From Candidatus Woesebacteria bacterium (lineage in GTDB: Bacteria; Patescibacteriota; Microgenomatia; UBA8517): DNA of 64,000 nt. Position 1 is the stretch's first letter; each line of letters starts with the position of its first letter. The stretch spans positions 416,815 through 480,814 of the forward strand of contig CP066693.1 of the NCBI GenBank assembly GCA_016432525.1. The letters are read 5' to 3'. Position numbers and translations under genes: made by a program. The notes beneath the pieces are model-generated. The model was not told the DNA's origin, made no database searches, and was given only the letters and a program-made list of their open reading frames with translations. Of the stretch, positions 58,411 through 64,000 are shown one piece after another.

Positions 58411-59945
58411 TAAACTGGATAAAAAACCACAAACTAGAATTTATTATCCTTTTTTTAATTCTCGCTGTAGCTAGTTTTCTTCGTCTTTATAAAATTTCAG
58501 GTTACATGACTTTTTTAGGGGATGAGGGAAGAGATGCAATAATTGTTAGACGGCTTTTAGTTGAACATCACCCACCTTTGATTGGCCCAGGTACTTCAAT
58601 TGGAAATATGTATTTAGGTCCTCTTTATTACTACATGATGGCTCCGGCTCTTTTGCTTGCTAATTTCAATCCAGTGGGTCCAGCTATTCAAATTGCCGTT
58701 TTAGGAGTCATAACGGTTTATTTTATTTATTATGTAGCGAGAAAATGGTTTGGGCCAAGGGGTGCTCTCGTTGCCTCGTTTCTTTATGCAATTTCTCCAG
58801 TAATTATTATTTACAGCAAATCTTCCTGGAATCCAAACATTATGCCTTTTTTCTCGTTACTTTGTATTTATAGCATCTGGCAAATTTGGCAAAACCATAA
58901 ATTTAAATGGCTGATTATTCTTGGTATCAGTTTTGCATCAGTCTTGCAATCTCATTATCTAGGCCTTCTGCTAGTTCCAACCCTCTTAATTTTTTGGTTT
59001 TTAACATTTCTAAAAGTCAGATTGACCAAAACAGAAACCAAACCATTCATCGTCTATTCACTGATTAGTCTCTTTTTATTTTTAGCTTTAATGTCTCCAC
59101 TTGTAATTTTTGACTCTCGCCATGGTTGGAGAAACTTCGAAGCATTGAAGCAATTCTTTACAAATCGCCAAGCAACAGTCTCAGTTAAACCATGGAGTAA
59201 TATTCCAAAAATCTTTCCTCAGTTCGAAAAAATCATAACCCGTTTAGTTTCGGCAACCGACTCAAAAGTGGGTCAGTGGGCATCTTTAATTCTCTTGATG
59301 AGTGTCGTCTGGGTAGCAGCTCGACTTAGAAATAACCTTGAAAAAAAAGAAAAACTTGCATACATTTTGCTAATCAGCTGGATCGGTTTTGGGCTAATTG
59401 GCCTCTCCTTGTATAAACAAGAAATTTACGATCATTACTACGGTTTTTTATTTTCCGCTCCTTTTCTTTTACTTGCCGGCATTTGTGAACATGTGATCCG
59501 TAAACACAAAATTAGAGGTACTTGGATTTGTTTAACAGGGGTAAGCATATTAGCTATTTTTAATTTCAACGCCTCCCCTCTCAAATATCCTCCAAATTAT
59601 CAATTAGATAGATCAATAAAAGTTGCAAAAATAATTCTTGACGAAGCAAAAGGACAACCTCTAAATTTTGCTGTTATTGCCGAAAGAAACTACGAGGGAG
59701 CATACAGATATTTTCTTGATGTAAGAGGAGGAAAAGTTGTAGATATTGACCCTCAAAATCCAAAAGGTAGCATAACAGAGCTTCTTTTTGTAGTTTGTGA
59801 AAAAGAAGAAAAAAAGTGTGACCCAACTCATGGTTTAAAGCCAGAAGTAGCCAATTTTGGTTGGACCAAGATCGATAAAGAGTGGCATGACTATGGTGTA
59901 ATAATCTACAAACTTGTCCACAGCCTACCGCCTCAAAAGAAATGA
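58392..59945 (+). CDS. GT-C fold membrane glycosyltransferase (ArnT/PMT-like), paralog 1
   Basis: About 12 TM in the N-terminal region with DE motif in the first loop (FLGDEGRDAIIV). Soluble C-terminal domain. Confidence 0.6.
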   Translation: MAKTSLINWIKNHKLEFIILFLILAVASFLRLYKISGYMTFLGDEGRDAIIVRRLLVEHHPPLIGPGTSIGNMYLGPLYYYMMAPALLLANFNPVGPAIQIAVLGVITVYFIYYVARKWFGPRGALVASFLYAISPVIIIYSKSSWNPNIMPFFSLLCIYSIWQIWQNHKFKWLIILGISFASVLQSHYLGLLLVPTLLIFWFLTFLKVRLTKTETKPFIVYSLISLFLFLALMSPLVIFDSRHGWRNFEALKQFFTNRQATVSVKPWSNIPKIFPQFEKIITRLVSATDSKVGQWASLILLMSVVWVAARLRNNLEKKEKLAYILLISWIGFGLIGLSLYKQEIYDHYYGFLFSAPFLLLAGICEHVIRKHKIRGTWICLTGVSILAIFNFNASPLKYPPNYQLDRSIKVAKIILDEAKGQPLNFAVIAERNYEGAYRYFLDVRGGKVVDIDPQNPKGSITELLFVVCEKEEKKCDPTHGLKPEVANFGWTKIDKEWHDYGVIIYKLVHSLPPQKK

Positions 59946-61444
59946 AAAAAATAAAGAAGGAAATTAAATCTCACAAATTAGTTTATATTCTTCTTTTTCT
60001 AACTTTGGCATTTGCCTTATTTTTAAGAGTTTGGAGAGTTGATAAAGTTCTGGGTTTTTATTTTGATCAAGGGAGGGATGCCCTTGTTGTCTGGGATTTT
60101 TGGCATCAAGGCAAATTATTTTTAATTGGCCCAACAACAGGAATTGCAGGAATTTTTAGAGGTCCTTATTACTACTATTTAATTGCTCCATTTTATCTAA
60201 TCGGCAATGGAAATCCTGTTTTTCCCTCCGTCTTTTTGGCAATAACAACAGTTTTATCTATCTACATTCTTTATGTTTTAGGTAAACTTGCCGGAAGTAG
60301 AGCATCTGGCCTAATTGCAGCAATTTTAGCAGCCTGCTCTTTCTATATAGTATTAGCTGGCCGCTGGCTTTCAAATCCCACTCCAATGCTTTTTTTGAGT
60401 ATGGCTCTCGTTTTCGCTCTTTTTAAAATCTTGGATGGTAAAAAAAATTACTGGATGGTTGTTTCTTTAGTTTCAGGTCTTTCCCTTTCTTCTTTTGGTT
60501 CAGCTGGTGAAGTATTTTATTTTCCGGCAATTTTAATTTTCGCAATTTGGCAGCGTAAAAATCTACCCACTAAAAAAATATTTTTAATATCAAGTTTTCT
60601 TTTCTTTTTAACTGTCGCCCCACAACTTCTTTTTGATTTAAAACATCACGGGATTCTGTCAGAAAATGTCAAAAAATTTTTAGTTGACGACAAAAGTTTT
60701 AAAGTTAACTTTTGGGATGTAGCAAATCAAAGACTAAATTTTTATTACGATGTGTTTACAAGTAAGATTTTTCATTGGAGAAGAGTAAGAGAAATTACTC
60801 TTTTAAGAATTGTTGGGCTAGCTTTTCTAATCTTTTTGCCGCAATTCTTAAAAAATAAAAAAATTAAAACTCTTCTTATTTTGCTAATTACCCCAATGGT
60901 AGGTCTCCTTTTTTTTCAAGGAAACTTTGGAAATATTTATGATTATTATTTAACAGGTTATTACCAAATTTTCATCCTACTTTTTGCAATCATTTTAGGT
61001 CGTGTCTGGCAATATAAAATTGGAAAAATATTTATAATTTATTTTTTCTATGTTTTTCTAACAGTCAGCCTTGATGTTTTAAGGTATAAATTATCAGACA
61101 ATTTAGATGGTCCAGAAACAATTGAGTTTGGAAACGAACGTGAGGCAGTTGATTGGGTTTATAAAGATGCAAAAGGAATTCCTTTCAGCACAGATGTATA
61201 TGTTCCTCCGGTAATTCCTTATGCCTACACCTATTTGTTTGCCTGGATGGGAAATTCAGTCTATGGATATGTTCCTTCCAATGATCAAATCGATCCTTTA
61301 TATACCATTTACGAAGTCGATCCACCAAGCCCCGACAGATTAGAAGCTTGGCTCAAGAGACAAAAAGGCATAGGAAAAGTCGAAAAAGAAGTTCACTTTG
61401 GTGGCATCACAGTCCAAAAAAGAACTCGCATTCAAGCCAAATGA
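59942..61444 (+). CDS. GT-C fold membrane glycosyltransferase, paralog 2
   Basis: Same architecture. First-loop motif YFDQGRDALVV. Confidence 0.6.
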   Translation: MKKIKKEIKSHKLVYILLFLTLAFALFLRVWRVDKVLGFYFDQGRDALVVWDFWHQGKLFLIGPTTGIAGIFRGPYYYYLIAPFYLIGNGNPVFPSVFLAITTVLSIYILYVLGKLAGSRASGLIAAILAACSFYIVLAGRWLSNPTPMLFLSMALVFALFKILDGKKNYWMVVSLVSGLSLSSFGSAGEVFYFPAILIFAIWQRKNLPTKKIFLISSFLFFLTVAPQLLFDLKHHGILSENVKKFLVDDKSFKVNFWDVANQRLNFYYDVFTSKIFHWRRVREITLLRIVGLAFLIFLPQFLKNKKIKTLLILLITPMVGLLFFQGNFGNIYDYYLTGYYQIFILLFAIILGRVWQYKIGKIFIIYFFYVFLTVSLDVLRYKLSDNLDGPETIEFGNEREAVDWVYKDAKGIPFSTDVYVPPVIPYAYTYLFAWMGNSVYGYVPSNDQIDPLYTIYEVDPPSPDRLEAWLKRQKGIGKVEKEVHFGGITVQKRTRIQAK

Positions 61445-62916
61445 AATATTTAAAAATAATCACTCCTATTACTTTCATTCTTCTAATCTCCTTTTTTTTT
61501 CGCCTTTACAAGGCTCCAACATTTTTTTTATACGGTCACGATCAGGATCTGATTGGGTGGTTTGTAAGAGATGTTTGGGCAAACCACCACATCCGCCTTA
61601 TTGGCCAGGAAACATCAACCCAAGGGATTTTTATAGGCCCCTATTTTTATTATTTTTTAATTCCTTTCTATCTTTTGACTAAACTTGACGTTGTTGGTGG
61701 GACTTTGGCAGTCGCAGTCATATCAGTATTTGAAACTGCAAGTTTGTACTATATTTTTTCAAAAATTTGGGGCAAGAACGCAGGTTTTCTGGCAGCTTTT
61801 TTCCATGCCACCAGCTTTTTTCTTATTCTCATAGAAAGAGAAGTCGTACCCACTCAACCCATAATGTTATGGACAGCTTGGTTTATATTTTTTCTATATC
61901 AAATCTTAAAAGGAAATCAAAAATATTTTTTACTAGGAGGATTACTTCTAAGCTTAATTTGGAATATAAACATGAGTCTAATTCTTCTAGCACCTTTAAT
62001 CTCTCTTGCTTTAATTCTGTCTAACAAAAAACTAAATATAAAATACACTTTTTTAGGACTAATTATTTTAATCACCTTATCTACTCCACTTATTTTTTTT
62101 GAAGTTCGTCATAATTTTTTGCAAACTAAATCATTTGTTCTATCTTTAACTACCAATCAAAAAGATGTAGTGAGTGGGGCGGATAAAGTTGCTCGCACCT
62201 TTCATTTAACTGCCAAAAATATCGCTAATCTTTTTACAGGAACTGATTTTCCAATTCGATTTTGGCATGTTGCACTTTTCATTGGAATTTCCTTTTTGTT
62301 CTTGGTTCTCAAAAAAGTAATAGATAAAAAATTAGCTATTATTTTAGTTTGTTGGTTTGCCTTGATTTTTGGTTTTTTTTCAGTTTATTCCAAAGTTCTT
62401 TCAGAATATTATTTAAATGGCTTAAATATAATCTTTTTTCTAATTTTTACCTTACTTACCGATTTCTTTCTTAAACAAAAAAACAAAGTTTATAAATTAT
62501 TTGGAATCTTTCTTGTAGGAATATTTTCTTTAATAAATATTTATAGATTTAGTGTTTTTCCCATTAATCAAAGCAGTTATATTCAAAAAAAACAATTAAT
62601 TGACGATATTAAAATCGATGCCGAAAAACATGGGTACAGCTGTATCTCGATTTCATATATTACCGATCCGGGGTATAATCTAGGATACAGATATTTTTTC
62701 TGGAGAGAGTCTATGCATGTTAATAATCCAATAAGCGCAAGCCCTGTCTATTCAATAGTTTTTCCGTTATCAAGAGTTGATCGCGTTGATAAATCTTTCG
62801 GAGCTCTTGGCCTTATTTTTCCCGATTATAAAAAATACACTAAAGAGGCAGTCAAGGAAAGTTGTAGTGGACTTAACAGTAACGATACAGATCCAATGTT
62901 TGGTTTCGCAAATTAA
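61441..62916 (+). CDS. GT-C fold membrane glycosyltransferase, paralog 3
   Basis: Start chosen at MKYLKII (61441) rather than the 61348 ORF start, which would overlap the upstream gene by about 100 nt. Motif YGHDQDLIGWFV. Confidence 0.55.
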   Translation: MKYLKIITPITFILLISFFFRLYKAPTFFLYGHDQDLIGWFVRDVWANHHIRLIGQETSTQGIFIGPYFYYFLIPFYLLTKLDVVGGTLAVAVISVFETASLYYIFSKIWGKNAGFLAAFFHATSFFLILIEREVVPTQPIMLWTAWFIFFLYQILKGNQKYFLLGGLLLSLIWNINMSLILLAPLISLALILSNKKLNIKYTFLGLIILITLSTPLIFFEVRHNFLQTKSFVLSLTTNQKDVVSGADKVARTFHLTAKNIANLFTGTDFPIRFWHVALFIGISFLFLVLKKVIDKKLAIILVCWFALIFGFFSVYSKVLSEYYLNGLNIIFFLIFTLLTDFFLKQKNKVYKLFGIFLVGIFSLINIYRFSVFPINQSSYIQKKQLIDDIKIDAEKHGYSCISISYITDPGYNLGYRYFFWRESMHVNNPISASPVYSIVFPLSRVDRVDKSFGALGLIFPDYKKYTKEAVKESCSGLNSNDTDPMFGFAN

Positions 62917-62919
62917 ATA

Positions 62920-63681
62920 ATGAAAAAAATATTTCTTTCAGTTGTGATTCCAGCATATAACGAGGTAAAAAATATTAATGCTGGGGTGCTCTTCCAAGTT
63001 TATGAATATCTCAAAAAACAAAAATATACCTGGGAAGTATTACTCGTAGATGATGGATCAACAGATAATACTGTAAATCTACTCACCAAGTTTCAAAAAA
63101 ACCGCAAGAATTTTAAAGTTTTAAAAGAACCTCACAGAGGAAAAGCAGGTACAGTGATTGCAGGCATGCTAAATACAAAAGGTGAAATAGTTTTGTTTAC
63201 AGATATGGACCAAGCCACACCTCTAAATCAGATTGAAAATTTTTTCCCAGAATTTGAAAAAGGAAAAGATTTAGTAATCGGTTCCAGGCTAGGGAGAGAA
63301 GGCTATTCGACAATTAGAAAAATCATGGCTTTGGGCTTTGTCAGTCTCAGAAAAATTATTTTAGGTTTACCTTTTAAAGATACACAATGTGGTTTTAAAG
63401 CTTTCAAAAATTCAAAAGCTCGGGAAATTTTCAAAAGGATGAAAGTTTTTAATGACAAGGCAAGATCAAAAGGCGCTGCAGTAACAGCTGGTTTTGATTT
63501 AGAAATCTTGTATATTGCACGAAAACTAAATCTCAAAGTCTCAGAAGTAACAGTAGATTGGCACGAAAAAGGCTTAAGAAAAGAAGTTAGTCCAATAAAA
63601 GACTCTTACGAAGGATTAAGAGATTTAATAAAGGTAAGGTTAAACGCTTTAACTGGCCAGTATAAAACTAGAAATATATGA
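62920..63681 (+). CDS. GT2 glycosyltransferase
   Basis: VVIPAYNEVKNI, LVDDGSTDNT and DMDQATP motifs. Confidence 0.8.
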   Translation: MKKIFLSVVIPAYNEVKNINAGVLFQVYEYLKKQKYTWEVLLVDDGSTDNTVNLLTKFQKNRKNFKVLKEPHRGKAGTVIAGMLNTKGEIVLFTDMDQATPLNQIENFFPEFEKGKDLVIGSRLGREGYSTIRKIMALGFVSLRKIILGLPFKDTQCGFKAFKNSKAREIFKRMKVFNDKARSKGAAVTAGFDLEILYIARKLNLKVSEVTVDWHEKGLRKEVSPIKDSYEGLRDLIKVRLNALTGQYKTRNI

Positions 63682-64000
63682 TTCAATTTCTTAAAAATAA
63701 TAAATTTGTATTAATTTTTTTACCTCTAATTTTGCTTTTGGCAATCTTTTTAAGAATTTATCACCTAAATTCTCTACCAGTTTTTGCAGACGAAGCAATT
63801 TATGTCCGTTGGTCTCAAATAATGTCTGTTGAACCAACTTTGAGATTTTTGCCTCTTTCTGACGGAAAACAGCCTCTTTATATGTGGATTTTGATGTTGT
63901 TCGTAAGAAAAATCTCAGATCCTTTAATTACTGGCCGTCTTCTTTCGATGCTTTCAGGGATTACTACTTTAGTTGGATTATTTTTCCTAACGCTCACGCT
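63678..64000 (+). CDS. GT-C fold membrane glycosyltransferase, paralog 4 (3' end outside window)
   Basis: ATGA overlap with the upstream GT2 gene. N-terminus MIQFLKNNKFVLIFLPLILLLAIFLRIYHL with the DE-type first loop FADEAIYVRW. Confidence 0.5.
   Translation, partial: MIQFLKNNKFVLIFLPLILLLAIFLRIYHLNSLPVFADEAIYVRWSQIMSVEPTLRFLPLSDGKQPLYMWILMLFVRKISDPLITGRLLSMLSGITTLVGLFFLTLT

Noticed and set aside
61348-61440. Upstream extension of the third GT-C gene (ORF start at 61348)
   Set aside because: It would overlap the preceding gene by about 100 nt and encodes a basic non-membrane stretch. The ATG at 61441 directly after the upstream stop gives an N-terminus parallel to the paralogs.
1-64000. Search for tRNA, rRNA and CRISPR features
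   Set aside because: No intergenic segment shows tRNA-like T-arm/acceptor features, no rRNA-like GC-rich blocks of sufficient length, and no short regularly spaced direct repeats.

Overview
This window reads as an AT-rich (about one-third GC) bacterial chromosome segment with compact, often overlapping genes. The gene content (multiple type IV pilus genes, a sortase, many paralogous GT-C membrane glycosyltransferases, small secreted hypotheticals) looks most like a Patescibacteria/CPR-type genome, but that is inference only. An intact RF2 (prfB) and frequent TGA stops indicate the standard code 11. Housekeeping genes present: secA, tgt, prfB, ftsE, ftsX, an M23 peptidase (EnvC-like), tsaE/tsaB, trmD, rdgB, two NUDIX hydrolases, a sensor histidine kinase, and a polyprenyl synthase/UbiA pair. 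Accessory content: a type IV pilus locus (pilB, pilC, pilM-N fusion, several pilins); three highly repetitive Asn/Thr/Gly-rich surface proteins followed by a sortase; a TasA/camelysin-SipW-like operon of higher GC; an orphan ClpP-like protease; and a glycosylation island with GT2 enzymes alternating with four paralogous GT-C membrane proteins. The strongest candidate for a new system lies at about 1.5 to 5.95 kb: a divergently organised RiPP-like cassette. It contains a radical SAM/SPASM maturase with an N-terminal PqqD-like recognition element, and an 86-aa precursor peptide with nine regularly arranged Cys-x-Pro-Asp/Glu motifs. It also has an HExxH putative peptidase and an adjacent ABC exporter pair, all bracketed by an imperfect 28-bp direct repeat. 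I found no rRNA, tRNA or CRISPR array. Two GC-rich, hairpin-dense intergenic regions (about 600-866 and 25270-25381) may encode structured RNAs.
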